From Syntrophorhabdaceae bacterium (lineage in GTDB: Bacteria > Desulfobacterota > Syntrophorhabdia > Syntrophorhabdales > Syntrophorhabdaceae): 64,000 nucleotides of DNA. Made by a program: the position numbers and the translations under genes. Positions within the stretch are counted from its first letter, which is position 1; each line of letters opens with the position of its first letter. This document shows, piece by piece, positions 10,236-20,598 of this stretch. The DNA is taken from the NCBI GenBank assembly GCA_963666485.2, contig CAXXUO010000003.1:192001-256000 (forward strand), read 5' to 3'. A model generated the notes under the pieces. The model searched no databases. It saw nothing but the letters and a program-made list of their open reading frames with translations, and was not told where the DNA came from.

Positions 10236-11820
10236 TAAGTTCAGAACCAAGAAGATTACATTTCACGACAGCCTCAATGTGATTCTTGGGGACGAACGAG
10301 CAACTAATTCGATTGGCAAGTCAACCCTACTCATGATTATTGATTTCGTTTTTGGTGGTAAGACTCTGCTAACGTACAATATTGATATCATTAATGAACT
10401 AGGTCATCATGAGTATTGTTTTGCTTTCACATTTGGAGAAACAGTGCGTAAGTTTAAGCGGAGTACTCAGGATGGAGACTTGGTTTACCAGTGTGACGAA
10501 GACTATACTCCAGTAGACTCTATCAGATTGGACGATTATACTGCGTTACTAAAAACAATGTACGGAATTTCCCTGCCTTACCTGTCATTCAGAGCGGCGG
10601 TGAGTCTGTTTTCTAGAATCTGGGGTAAGGGTAATATAAACGTAACTAGACCGTTGCATGCAATTGCGGCTCAAAGGAGCCTTGATGCCGTAAACAATCT
10701 AATAAAATTGTTCAACGAGTATTCGTCAATAGAGAAATTAACCATAGATGCCAAGGATGCGGATGAGTCATTGTCGGTGCTTAAGAAAGCTCTTAAACGT
10801 TCATATTTACCCAGGATATCAAGTCGACAGTATAACGACAACGTTGAACTTATTAATAGATGCAACAATGAGTTGTCGGAGATTCGGGATAATTTGGCTA
10901 GATTCGCTACGAATATTAAGGAGATTTCAAATAGAGAACTTGTGGATTTGAAACAAAAGAAAGACGATTTGTTGCCCATAAAGCTAAAGCTGGAAAACAG
11001 ACTGAAACGAATTAAAAACAATCTAGACGAGGGAAAATATCTCAAAAGCAAACAGCTGTACAGATTAATGGAATTCTTTCCAAACATCAATATTAAAAGA
11101 CTCTCAGAGATTGAAGAATTTCATGCGGGGCTTAGTAAAATATTGAGGGACGAATTGCGAATTTCAGAAAAGAATCTTGCCCATCAGCTTGAAGACCTAA
11201 ATACTGCCCTTGACGGGATAGATAAAGAAATGGCGACCGTGCTATCATCGATAGACAATCCAAACGCTATCATTGATAGGGTCTATCATCTCACAAGCCT
11301 GATAAGGAGAGCTGAGAACGAGAATGGTCATTTTATTGAACGCGAAAAAGCACATGAACAAGCAGATGAATTACGCTCTCGGTTAAAAGGAGAAAGAACA
11401 GAAATTGTCTCATCCATCAGTGAACGACTGAATAGCAGAATGCGAGATATTACGTCGTTGGTTTATTCAGAGAAACGAAAAAGTCCTGTTCTCAAGTTGT
11501 CAGACGACAATTATGCATTTGAAGTGTATGAAGATACGGGTACTGGAAAGGCCTATTCTAACTTGGTTATTCTCGATTTAGCGGTATTGGAGATGACCGA
11601 GTTGCCTTTCCTCATTCACGATTCGCTTCTATTCAAAAATATCGAAAACAATGCAGTAAGCAATATCGTTCTAAGGTATGGAGACGAACAGAGACAGTCA
11701 TTCATTGCGATAGATGAAATTGGCAAATACGGTCAGATTATTTCTGATTATCTGAAACGAAAAAGTGTTATTGAACTGGACAATGATAACGTACTGTTCG
11801 TTAAAGATTGGAGGGTATGA
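10213..11820 (+). CDS. lmuB: Lamassu SMC-like ABC ATPase (DUF2326 type)
   Basis: Walker A NSIGKST, long central coiled coil, signature TGTGKAY, Walker B-like LIHDS and the C-terminal motif QSFIAID. Confidence 0.85.
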   Translation: MLTEIICDKFRTKKITFHDSLNVILGDERATNSIGKSTLLMIIDFVFGGKTLLTYNIDIINELGHHEYCFAFTFGETVRKFKRSTQDGDLVYQCDEDYTPVDSIRLDDYTALLKTMYGISLPYLSFRAAVSLFSRIWGKGNINVTRPLHAIAAQRSLDAVNNLIKLFNEYSSIEKLTIDAKDADESLSVLKKALKRSYLPRISSRQYNDNVELINRCNNELSEIRDNLARFATNIKEISNRELVDLKQKKDDLLPIKLKLENRLKRIKNNLDEGKYLKSKQLYRLMEFFPNINIKRLSEIEEFHAGLSKILRDELRISEKNLAHQLEDLNTALDGIDKEMATVLSSIDNPNAIIDRVYHLTSLIRRAENENGHFIEREKAHEQADELRSRLKGERTEIVSSISERLNSRMRDITSLVYSEKRKSPVLKLSDDNYAFEVYEDTGTGKAYSNLVILDLAVLEMTELPFLIHDSLLFKNIENNAVSNIVLRYGDEQRQSFIAIDEIGKYGQIISDYLKRKSVIELDNDNVLFVKDWRV

Positions 11821-11912
11821 CCTTAGCCAAGGACACCAGAAAGTTAGGACTACGGCAATCCACCGATGGTTAACGTTCGGAACAATAATCTTGATGAAGG
11901 GATAAGGAAATT

Positions 11913-12764
11913 ATGAAGTCTACACGAAATGATGCGGATACCGTTAAGACGGTCGACAAGAGGTGGATATACGTGTCGTTTTCATGCGTAACTCTTCTCT
12001 GGGCAGCATCTTTATTGCTTATTCCGATATTCAAAGAGCACAATGAACGAGGCGCTTTCGGAGATATGTTTGGGGCAGTTAACGCTCTTTTTTCTGGTCT
12101 TGCCTTCGCTGGAATTATCATTAGTATTCTTCTGCAGAATAAGGAACTCAAGTTGCAGCGCGAGGAACTTGAACAAACAAGAGATGAACTGAAAGGTCAA
12201 AAGGAACAGCTCCAAAATCAAAATCTGACCATGAATCGACAAAGATTTGAAAATACTTTTTTTCAGTTACTCCGTAATCACCGAGATATCGTTAACAGCA
12301 TGGACATCAGGCGTAAGACTGAAGTCATATCAGCAGGTTCTGATTGTTTCAAGACATTCTATTCCGAATTCCTCAGCAGAACAGGCCCAACAAGTGACAT
12401 CGAGAGTGTATTAGGGGCATATTTAGAATTCTACTGGAAAAGGCAACAGGATTTAGGGCACTATTTCAGGAACCTGTATCACGTAGTTAGGTTTATAGAC
12501 GATTCGAAAGATATAGATAACGAAGAAAGATTCCTTTACTCACGTCTATTAAGGGCATTATTATCAAGTAATGAATTGGTGTTGCTTTTCTACAATGGTC
12601 TTAGCAAATTCGGAAGAGACAGTTTTAAGCCGTTAATCGAGAAGTATTCGCTTTTGAAAAATATGGAGGATTCATTATTAATATCTATGGCCCATAGGAA
12701 AGAATACAGTAAATTTGCCTTTGCGAGCTCCAGAGAACGAGCTGAATGGGGCAATGGCTCGTAG
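11913..12764 (+). CDS. Putative phage abortive infection protein (putAbiC-like) with N-terminal membrane helices
   Basis: Motifs GAFGDMFGAVNALFSGLAF, QRFENTFFQLL, LGHYFRNLYH, LRALLSSNELVLLFYNGL and FKPLIEKYSLL. Confidence 0.75.
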   Translation: MKSTRNDADTVKTVDKRWIYVSFSCVTLLWAASLLLIPIFKEHNERGAFGDMFGAVNALFSGLAFAGIIISILLQNKELKLQREELEQTRDELKGQKEQLQNQNLTMNRQRFENTFFQLLRNHRDIVNSMDIRRKTEVISAGSDCFKTFYSEFLSRTGPTSDIESVLGAYLEFYWKRQQDLGHYFRNLYHVVRFIDDSKDIDNEERFLYSRLLRALLSSNELVLLFYNGLSKFGRDSFKPLIEKYSLLKNMEDSLLISMAHRKEYSKFAFASSRERAEWGNGS

Positions 12765-12909
12765 TCTCAAAGTTTATCGCAATTCACCTTACAGGCATTT
12801 AACGAATAGTTACATGGAATAATAAGTACGCATTTTAGTACACACGATAGCGGGTGTGAGACTGACTGTCAAACGTGATGTTTTGAAAAGCTTAATAAGT
12901 TAAGGTGGT

Positions 12910-14268
12910 GATAACGTAAAATATTTTTCGCACATTTAAGAGCCATGGCAACCTCGAATCTGGTAGTGTTAAGCACCACACAAAACAAAAACCAGAGGGA
13001 GGAAGAACCATGGCCCAGAAAGAGTCTACCACAGAAGGCGGCACGATAATCCAGATTAATGAGGCGCAGATAAAGGACCACCTGGGAGAGATCGTAAGGG
13101 GAACGGTGCAGGAGACGCTCAATGCACTTCTCGATGAAGAGGCGTCCCGCCTGTGCAACGCACAGAGGTACGAGCGCACGGAGGAACGCAGGGACACACG
13201 GGCGGGCCATTATACCCGAACCCTCCAGACGAAGGCGGGGGAGGTGGACATCAAGATGCCCAAGCTGAGGTCGCTTCCCTTCGAGACCGCGATCATCGAA
13301 CGGTACAAAAGAAGGGAATCATCCGTGGAAGAGGCCCTCGTCGAGATGTACCTGGCCGGGGTGTCGGTAAGGAGGGTCGAGGACATCACGGAGGCCCTCT
13401 GGGGCACGAAGGTGAGCCCCGGCACCGTCTCGAACCTCAACGCAAAGATATACACCACGATCGAGCAGTGGAGATTAAGCCCCATCGAAGGTGAGCATCC
13501 CTACGTCTACCTCGACGGGATAGCGCTCAAGAGGACCTGGGGCGGGGAGGTCAGGAGCGTATCGGTCCTTGTAGCGATAGGGGTGAACCGCGAAGGCTAC
13601 CGGGAGATCCTGGGTGTGGCCGAGGGTGCGCGGGAGGACAAGGACAGCTGGACATCCTTCCTGCGCTACCTCAAAGAGCGCGGGCTCAAGGGTGTGGAGC
13701 TCTTCATATCCGACAAGTGCCTGGGCCTCGTCGAGAGTCTCGCCCTGTTCTACCCCGACGCCTCATGGCAGAGGTGCGTTGTCCACTTCTACCGGAACGT
13801 GTTCACCGTCGTGCCCAGGGGGAAGATCAAGGAGGTCGTCGCCATGCTCACGGCGATCCATGCCCAGGAGGACAGGAAAGAAGCGCAGAAGAAAGCGGAG
13901 GCGGTGGTGAAGAAGCTCAAGGAGATGAAACTCGGCAGGGCCGCGGACATGCTGAACGAGGGGATCCACGAGACGCTCGGCTATTACGGGTTCCCCCGCG
14001 AGCACTGGAGGAGGATCAGGACCAACAACCCCCTGGAGCGGATCATGAAGGAGATCAGACGGCGCACACGGGTCGTCGGGTCGTTCCCTGACGGCAGGTC
14101 GGCACTCATGCTCGTGGCTGCCCGGCTAAGGCACATAGCGGGAACCAAATGGGGAATGAGCCAGTACCTGAAAATGGACCGGCTTGAGCAGGAGATCATC
14201 GAGAGCATTAAGGCATAACCGGATTAGTGGGGTTGCTATGGAAAGTGCGAAAGATTCTTGACACTATC
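12910..14268 (+). mobile_element. IS256-family insertion sequence
   Basis: Imperfect terminal inverted repeats (18/24 identity: GATAACGTAAAATATTTTTCGCAC versus the reverse complement of the right end). An 8-bp TSD AAGGTGGT lies at 12902-12909 and 14269-14276. GC is higher than in the flanks. Confidence 0.92.
13010..14218 (+). CDS. IS256-family (Mutator) DDE transposase
   Basis: Motifs YLAGVSVRRVEDI, YVYLDG, FISD, WQRCVVHFYRN and RTNNPLERIMKEIRRRT; intact 402-aa ORF. Confidence 0.95.
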   Translation: MAQKESTTEGGTIIQINEAQIKDHLGEIVRGTVQETLNALLDEEASRLCNAQRYERTEERRDTRAGHYTRTLQTKAGEVDIKMPKLRSLPFETAIIERYKRRESSVEEALVEMYLAGVSVRRVEDITEALWGTKVSPGTVSNLNAKIYTTIEQWRLSPIEGEHPYVYLDGIALKRTWGGEVRSVSVLVAIGVNREGYREILGVAEGAREDKDSWTSFLRYLKERGLKGVELFISDKCLGLVESLALFYPDASWQRCVVHFYRNVFTVVPRGKIKEVVAMLTAIHAQEDRKEAQKKAEAVVKKLKEMKLGRAADMLNEGIHETLGYYGFPREHWRRIRTNNPLERIMKEIRRRTRVVGSFPDGRSALMLVAARLRHIAGTKWGMSQYLKMDRLEQEIIESIKA

Positions 14269-14519
14269 AAGGTGGTTAGCGGTCTGGCGGGATGCTATTC
14301 GGAGCGTCCTACTTCCTCCGCCATATTCCCCCAACAATGTCAAGCATAATGACTCTCCAAAATGTGTATCATTTGTGTATTTCTGCTGAGGGCTCATCCA
14401 AGAATAATTTATCTCAACGCTCCTTAAAATAAGTCTGTACTGACAATAAATCTTTTGAAAGTGTCCCAGTAAAATACATGGACAGATCCTCTTAGAAAGA
14501 TTATACTGAGCGCCGTTAA

Positions 14520-14800
14520 TCTTACCGTTCTCGTCCGGCGCCCTGTCCGTCGACCAGAGACATTTTTGTCGTGTCGATTCAAAGCCGGGTGCTGTCGGTA
14601 TGCTGCAGCGGTTCAATGATATGGGGCTTGATCAGATTGTCGTCCATGACCAGGCAGTCATCATTACGGCATACCTCAGCTTCCTCTCTTGGCCAAGAAG
14701 GTCGAAGTCTGTCTTTCTGACGATCTTCTCGGGATTCTCCAATCCGACAGCACGTGCAAACTGCAAATTGCATCCCAGAGAATAATCCGTGCGCCTTGTG
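14520..14800 (-). pseudogene. Degraded PAS-domain fragment
   Basis: LGCNLQFARAVGLENPEKIVRKTDFDL, then after a frameshift WPREEAEVCRNDDCLVMDDNLIKPHIIEPLQH, then a stop, then IDTTKMSLVDGQG. This follows a PAS_4 pattern with lesions. Confidence 0.55.
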
Positions 14801-14844
14801 CTGCTTTTCTCTACAGCCAGGATATATACATGATTCCCTCATTG

Positions 14845-15009
14845 TCAATTATCGCCTGGTCCCTTCTCCGGATAAGGATCGCTTTCTTCCTTCTCTGGCA
14901 ACTTATTGCCCCAGTAGAGAATTCTTCGGCAACACGTGGCAACATAGCCCTTGCCAAATGGGATGACCGGCGCCATCCTGCCACATTTCGGACATTTAAT
15001 AGTTGCCAT
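14845..15009 (-). CDS. Cys-rich microprotein, C-x2-C-x16-CC (54 aa)
   Basis: Manual translation MATIKCPKCGRMAPVIPFGKGYVATCCRRILYWGNKLPEKEESDPYPEKGPGDN; paralogous to 15538-15696. Confidence 0.7.
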   Translation of the reverse strand: MATIKCPKCGRMAPVIPFGKGYVATCCRRILYWGNKLPEKEESDPYPEKGPGDN

Positions 15010-15253
15010 TTTCCCAGTCTATCACAAAAAGTCAGAAAGACAACGATAGGCTATTAATTTGATCGCGAAGATTACGATTCGCCCAACGTCCCCTATCCAT
15101 TGAAAAATGGTATGATATATATCCTGCAGTTCCATGCACGCCCGACAATAGGATCAAAAAATTACTCCGCCCCCCGATCACGGCTGATTCAACATGACAT
15201 CGATTAATTATTCGGGATAGTCCCTGTCATTGACAGACGGTTTCCCCGTGGGA

Positions 15254-15379
15254 TTATGCCCTTATATAACAAACCCCTACAAACCTACCCCCGAATGGGA
15301 CGATCGTGATATCACGGTTACACAACTGACAGGTAATGACGCCTTTTTCTTGTTCTTTTTGTCTGCAGTCCCACATCAT
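15254..15379 (-). pseudogene. Degenerate paralog of the C-x2-C-x16-CC microprotein
   Basis: CQLCNRDITIVPFGGRFVGVCY keeps the same spacing but the last Cys is Tyr. A shifted frame continues ...GNRL, echoing GNKL in the 14845 paralog. Confidence 0.5.
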
Positions 15380-15537
15380 AACCCCCTGATCTAGAAAAAA
15401 GTATACCATTGCCCGGGGGTTGATAAAATCATGGGACATATATAATCTGATCGACATCGCTGCTTTTATTGCGAAAAAATACATATTTTCCGGTTATTAT
15501 GTTTCATATGTTTTGTAAAATGACAGGAACTCAGAAA

Positions 15538-15696
15538 TTAGTCGGACTCTTCTGCCTGATTCTCGACTTCCGCTGGCGGTTCTCTCATCTCGGATCTAAA
15601 ATATAACACGCAATTACAGCACGACGCCATATAACCGTGTTCGCACTTCTTAAGCGGGACTTCCCTCCCGCAATCGGGACATATGAAGTTGTGCAT
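15538..15696 (-). CDS. Cys-rich microprotein, C-x2-C-x16-CC (52 aa)
   Basis: Manual translation MHNFICPDCGREVPLKKCEHGYMASCCNCVLYFRSEMREPPAEVENQAEESD, with a strong RBS (GAGGAGG) just upstream. Confidence 0.75.
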   Translation of the reverse strand: MHNFICPDCGREVPLKKCEHGYMASCCNCVLYFRSEMREPPAEVENQAEESD

Positions 15697-15820
15697 AGAA
15701 GAACCTCCTCTTCGGTGAGGTAGATATAAAATGCCCGCGTCAGCCAGATGAGACCCGCTTTCCAGGATCGATCATACCATGACAACACGGGTGAAACCAT
15801 TTAAAGAATGATACGGTAAC

Positions 15821-18700
15821 TTATCCTTCCAGGACATCGCGGATGGCAACAGAAAGTTCGTGTCGGGTTAGGGGCTTCGTGAGAAATTGCTTTATACCGG
15901 CTTTTTTGACAACCTCGGGAGAGACGATCGGGCTGTGTCCGGTGCAGAGTATTATGGGGATATCCGGCCTAATTTCGAGACATTTTTTTGCGAGTTGCAT
16001 TCCCGACATTGTGGGCATAGCCTGATCCGTGATAACGAGATCAAAGTGAAGAGGGTTGGACGAAAACATCATTATCGCTTCATTAGGGTCATTTATCGCA
16101 GTAACATGATATCCTATCTTTTCGAGCGTAATCTGAGCCCATTGCACAAGCATATCCTCATCATCGATAAAGAGGATTTTTTCGGTGCCTGTCATTATCT
16201 GGCCAGGTACTCCATCTTTTGCTGCTTTCTCCTTTGCCTTGGGAAGAAAAACCCGAAACGTCGAACCGCCTCCAAGCTTACTCTCTATCGTTATCTCCCC
16301 CTGGAGATCGCTTACGATTCCATATACGACGGCTAATCCCATGCCTGTTCCTTCACCCTGTTCTCGCGTGGTAAAGAATGGTTCAAAGACACGCCTCATC
16401 ACTTCGGAGCTCATCCCTATTCCTGTGTCCTTCACCATAAGCTGGATATATTCTGCAGGCACAGTTTTGTCAACGACGGATGCATCGGACATCAGTCCGG
16501 CATCAGTCAGATGGATCTCCAGGACACCCCCCTTTTCTGACATCGCGAGAGAAGCATTTGTCGCCAAATTCATTACTATTTGTTGTATTTCTGTTGGGGC
16601 CGCACGCACCACATCGGATTCTGCCGTAGTCTTCAATGTTATCTCGATCGAGGCGGGGATAGAGGCTCTGATAAGCTTTACTGTTTCCTCAACGATGGGC
16701 CAGATTGCAATATGTGTTCTTTCATAGCTTGCCTTCCTCGAGAAAGCAAGGATCTGCTTCACTAGTTCCCGTGCCCGTATGGCTGATACTATGACGCGCT
16801 GAAGGTTTTTCTTAACCAACGGTCGGTCGGACACATCCTCTATAGACATCTCGGTAAAGCCGATGATGGCAGCTAGGATATTGTTGAAATCGTGGGCAAT
16901 GCCCCCGGCGAGAGTGCCTATGGCTTCCATCTTCTGGGACTGACGGAGATTCTCTTCAAGACGATGTTGTTCGTCTTCTGCCATCTTTCGGTCGATGATG
17001 TCCGCGGCCAGTCGGGCTAGGATGTCAATAACCCGCATTTCACGGGAAGAAGGAGTATGCACCTTTTGGAAATGTGTGGATAACATGCCCACAACATTGC
17101 CCCGTCGTGTGACCAACGGGGTTGACTGAACCGCGTGTATTCCTTCTTTCAACAATACCTCCAGAGCGGTATTGCTGAAGATATTGCTTTTTGAGACATC
17201 TTCTATGATTACCCGTTCCATGCGCCCTAGCGCCGTACCGCATGCAGCCTCTCCACCTTCAACAGAATCGAAAAATGTCAGAAAACGTTGGCTAAAGTAC
17301 CTGTGGGCCACTATCTTAAGCTCTTTCGAGGAAGGATCGAGAAGTTGCATGTTCCCTTTATCAGAATTCGTGATCGCTATGGCCGCATCCACTATTTCCT
17401 GGAAGAGAGACTCGGTAACCTCCCCTGCGAGATACTTTCTGCTTAATCCGTGAAGAAGATTGAAATCTTTGACCTCCGCATCAAGCAGCATGGTTCGTTC
17501 TTCAAGCTCAGCTGTTCGTTCCTTAACACGTTCTTCAAGAACATGCTCACTCTTTAATAGGGCCTCCTCCATTTTGGCGCGCTCAGTTACATCATTTGCG
17601 TATATACGAATTGACTCAAATTCCGAAATAAGCTGCACAGTTTCCGTATAGACCTTGTCATTAATAGAAATTTGGCGATAAAAGGTGCCTGATTCGCCTT
17701 TCTTCAATCGCTGAAGGAGATGATGTATATCCTCGGGGAGAAAAGGCGAGCAATCATCTCGATCCATTCCATTGCTTTCGAGAGTTTTTTGCGCCCCGAG
17801 ATTACAAAACATAACTTTACCAGATGACGCTATTTCTATCACAGGATTCGGATTGAATTTAGGGAATGAGGCAAGGCGTAAATTCCGACTTTCACTTGCT
17901 CGAAGAGCTTCCTGGGTATTCTTGAGGTCTGTAATATCGTTTCCGATGGCAAGGACCTCTACTAATTTACCCTTGTCATCAAATACCGGGTTATTCGTCC
18001 AGGATATCCACGCGCGGTTTCCATCCTTACATATATTTTCATTAATATTGTTGAGATACTGTTCCGGATATTCAGTAATATCCTGAACCAAGCGGGACAA
18101 ATCATTTCCGAGAGAATCCCGGTCCGGCACCAAGATACTCACACTCTTGCCGATCAATTCTCGTGGCTTATATCCAAAGAACATAAGGCCGTAGCGATTC
18201 ATGAAACTGATCTTGCCATCAGCTTTCCAGCGGACAATAACGCTATTAACATTTTCTACCAATTCGCGGTATTTCTTTGTGCTGCGCCTGAGACTTCTTT
18301 CGGCGCGTACACGACGCGTGATTTCATGCACGGTGAGAACGAACCCTGTGATTGCTTTATCACTTTGCACTGGATACCAGTACATATCCCAGTATCGTTT
18401 GATTTTAGGATCTACCGCATAATGGCCATTGAATTGATGGCGAACAGGCTTCCCCGTTTTAATAATCTGTCCAACAATCTTCTCTATTGCAGGGAATAAG
18501 TCCGGTACAAACTTGCTAACATGTTTACCTATATGGTCAGCAACGGGCCTTCCATCGAACTTGGCCAGCTCTTCGTTGATCAAGATATAATTCAAATTTC
18601 GATCTAAGCTCGCAAAACCAGCCGAAGTGTTTCCGAGTAATAGATCTAAGATCAAGGATTTGTGCATATTTACATTATCGGATTTACGGCCGGCCATCAA
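15821..18700 (-). CDS. PAS/GAF hybrid sensor histidine kinase with C-terminal receiver
   Basis: PAS domains, a GAF domain (STPLVTRRGNVVGMLSTH), H-box [17 protein letters not shown] and GTGMGL, and receiver motifs ILFIDDE...TDQAMP. Confidence 0.93.
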   Translation of the reverse strand: MMAGRKSDNVNMHKSLILDLLLGNTSAGFASLDRNLNYILINEELAKFDGRPVADHIGKHVSKFVPDLFPAIEKIVGQIIKTGKPVRHQFNGHYAVDPKIKRYWDMYWYPVQSDKAITGFVLTVHEITRRVRAERSLRRSTKKYRELVENVNSVIVRWKADGKISFMNRYGLMFFGYKPRELIGKSVSILVPDRDSLGNDLSRLVQDITEYPEQYLNNINENICKDGNRAWISWTNNPVFDDKGKLVEVLAIGNDITDLKNTQEALRASESRNLRLASFPKFNPNPVIEIASSGKVMFCNLGAQKTLESNGMDRDDCSPFLPEDIHHLLQRLKKGESGTFYRQISINDKVYTETVQLISEFESIRIYANDVTERAKMEEALLKSEHVLEERVKERTAELEERTMLLDAEVKDFNLLHGLSRKYLAGEVTESLFQEIVDAAIAITNSDKGNMQLLDPSSKELKIVAHRYFSQRFLTFFDSVEGGEAACGTALGRMERVIIEDVSKSNIFSNTALEVLLKEGIHAVQSTPLVTRRGNVVGMLSTHFQKVHTPSSREMRVIDILARLAADIIDRKMAEDEQHRLEENLRQSQKMEAIGTLAGGIAHDFNNILAAIIGFTEMSIEDVSDRPLVKKNLQRVIVSAIRARELVKQILAFSRKASYERTHIAIWPIVEETVKLIRASIPASIEITLKTTAESDVVRAAPTEIQQIVMNLATNASLAMSEKGGVLEIHLTDAGLMSDASVVDKTVPAEYIQLMVKDTGIGMSSEVMRRVFEPFFTTREQGEGTGMGLAVVYGIVSDLQGEITIESKLGGGSTFRVFLPKAKEKAAKDGVPGQIMTGTEKILFIDDEDMLVQWAQITLEKIGYHVTAINDPNEAIMMFSSNPLHFDLVITDQAMPTMSGMQLAKKCLEIRPDIPIILCTGHSPIVSPEVVKKAGIKQFLTKPLTRHELSVAIRDVLEG

Positions 18701-19701
18701 TCGAACTCCATTGTCGGATCATGCATATCGTAAGATTATCCACAATTACAACAAACACTTATAATTGGAATTATACAATAGAATCTATTTGAATGCACAA
18801 AATGAAGTAGATTCTCTTTCTTAACGATTCCACGATGAGAGATCCCAGTTGGCATAGAGATATGTTTCATCATAGAGGTCCTTCGCCTATTCCAGGATAA
18901 GGCCGGGCAGGTCAGGCACATATACCACCCCGTCGCCCGTCCCTGCAAATGGAGGCCGTGTGACCGTCTCCAAACGATTATCGAGGGGTGTCACAGTAAA
19001 TTCACGCCGGGGCCATTGGAAGTAACAGGCAATGGAATGCAAAATTGATGACACGTCGCGATTACAGATATGCAGTAAATCGTCGGGAAAGCATTATATT
19101 TGTTAGTCAATCCCTATCACTTCGGAAATGCAGGACAATAACGAAGGGAAAAATACGAATCTATAAGGCTAATTCTTCCCTCATAGCCGCCGCGCCCGAT
19201 ATGTATGCGTTGTTGAATCACATCCGCCAAGGGTTATACATGGAAGCCTTTGCAAAATGCTTGAACAGAACCAATTTCGAGGCCAACGACTACGCATCCA
19301 AACAACCCGGAATTTCTGAAATTGACTTGGATATGGACCGCGTCGACAGCTGACCGTCCCGCCATAACCAACCGGCAAGGCCCGTAATTGGCATTTGAAG
19401 GTGGGTATAATTAATGTCATCGTCGTGGCAGCGCGTCATCATCACCCGGCCATTTATAGACGCCGATAATTCCGCTATTGATTCTCCCTTCTATTCCCCC
19501 TGTTGCATCTTTCCATAGGGGGGGCGCCACCACCTACCCTGCCGGGTATCCCAAGATGCGTCAGAACACAAATGCGAGGGCCAAAGATAACATTGGCAAT
19601 GGAAAAAATAATAGATTTTGCCGCCTCATATTGCTATAATTCTTCTTCGCCAGTATCCGCTGGTATTCGTCGGTAAATACAATTCATTCTGGAGTTGAGT
19701 T

Positions 19702-20598
19702 ATGTGCGGAGCCGGATTCTGTGTCAGGATTTCTCTATTCTTGTTCATTTTACTTTTTCTCGGAAATATATCGCCTTTATCTGCAACCGAGGGTGGCGGT
19801 GGTGCCTATCCGAACGGGGCAGAGGATTTCATGACGGGCGCCCTTCCGCCGCCCGGGACGTATATCCTGAATTACTTTAATTACTATCATGCCAAGAAGC
19901 TCAAGGATAACAGGGGAGAGTCAGCCCCTGTCGACCTCGATGTCGAGATATTCGCGGATTCGGTCCGTATCCTCCACATGACGCAAAAGAATGTTTTCGG
20001 GGCTAATTGGGGTATGCACATTCTCGTGCCATTTCTCAAGGTTCATGCCAGCACGCCGGCCGGTACAGATTCAAAGGCAGGGCTGGGCGACATAGTCATC
20101 AATCCCTTCTTGCTTGGATGGCATTTTACGGACTGGCATATCGCCGCAGGCATAGATACCGTCGTACCGGTCGGGTCATATAGCAAACATGACCTCGTGA
20201 ACACGGGTAGGAATTATTGGACATTCGAACCTATTCTTGCCGTGACCTATATGAATCGGTATGGATATGAGGTATCAGCCAAGTTCATGTATGATTTTAA
20301 TACGAAAAACACTGCAACGAATTATGAATCGGGTCAGGAATTTCATTTCGATTACACGCTGGGCAAACGTGTAGAAAATATGAACATCGGTCTTGGGGGA
20401 TATTTTTATAAACAAATTACCGACGATAAACTCAACGGGGCTAGTATTCAGAACAAAGGCCAGGCATTTGCCGTCGGCCCGCAGTTCAAATATTCCTTCA
20501 ACAATATGGCCGTCACATTGAAATACCAGTGGGAAACACTGGTAAAGAACAGGCCGGAGGGCGAACAGTTCTGGTTTAAATTTATGTATGCTTTTTAA
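19702..20598 (+). CDS. SphA / phenol-MetA-pathway family outer-membrane beta-barrel protein
   Basis: Signal peptide, N-terminal ATEGGGGAYPNGAEDFMTGALPPPG, GLGD and YESGQEFHFDY motifs, and a C-terminal Phe. Confidence 0.85.
   Translation: MCGAGFCVRISLFLFILLFLGNISPLSATEGGGGAYPNGAEDFMTGALPPPGTYILNYFNYYHAKKLKDNRGESAPVDLDVEIFADSVRILHMTQKNVFGANWGMHILVPFLKVHASTPAGTDSKAGLGDIVINPFLLGWHFTDWHIAAGIDTVVPVGSYSKHDLVNTGRNYWTFEPILAVTYMNRYGYEVSAKFMYDFNTKNTATNYESGQEFHFDYTLGKRVENMNIGLGGYFYKQITDDKLNGASIQNKGQAFAVGPQFKYSFNNMAVTLKYQWETLVKNRPEGEQFWFKFMYAF

Noticed and set aside
18860..18950. HicB-like fragment (VYVPDLPG) on the minus strand
   Set aside because: Very short match followed at once by a stop, and no hicA neighbour.
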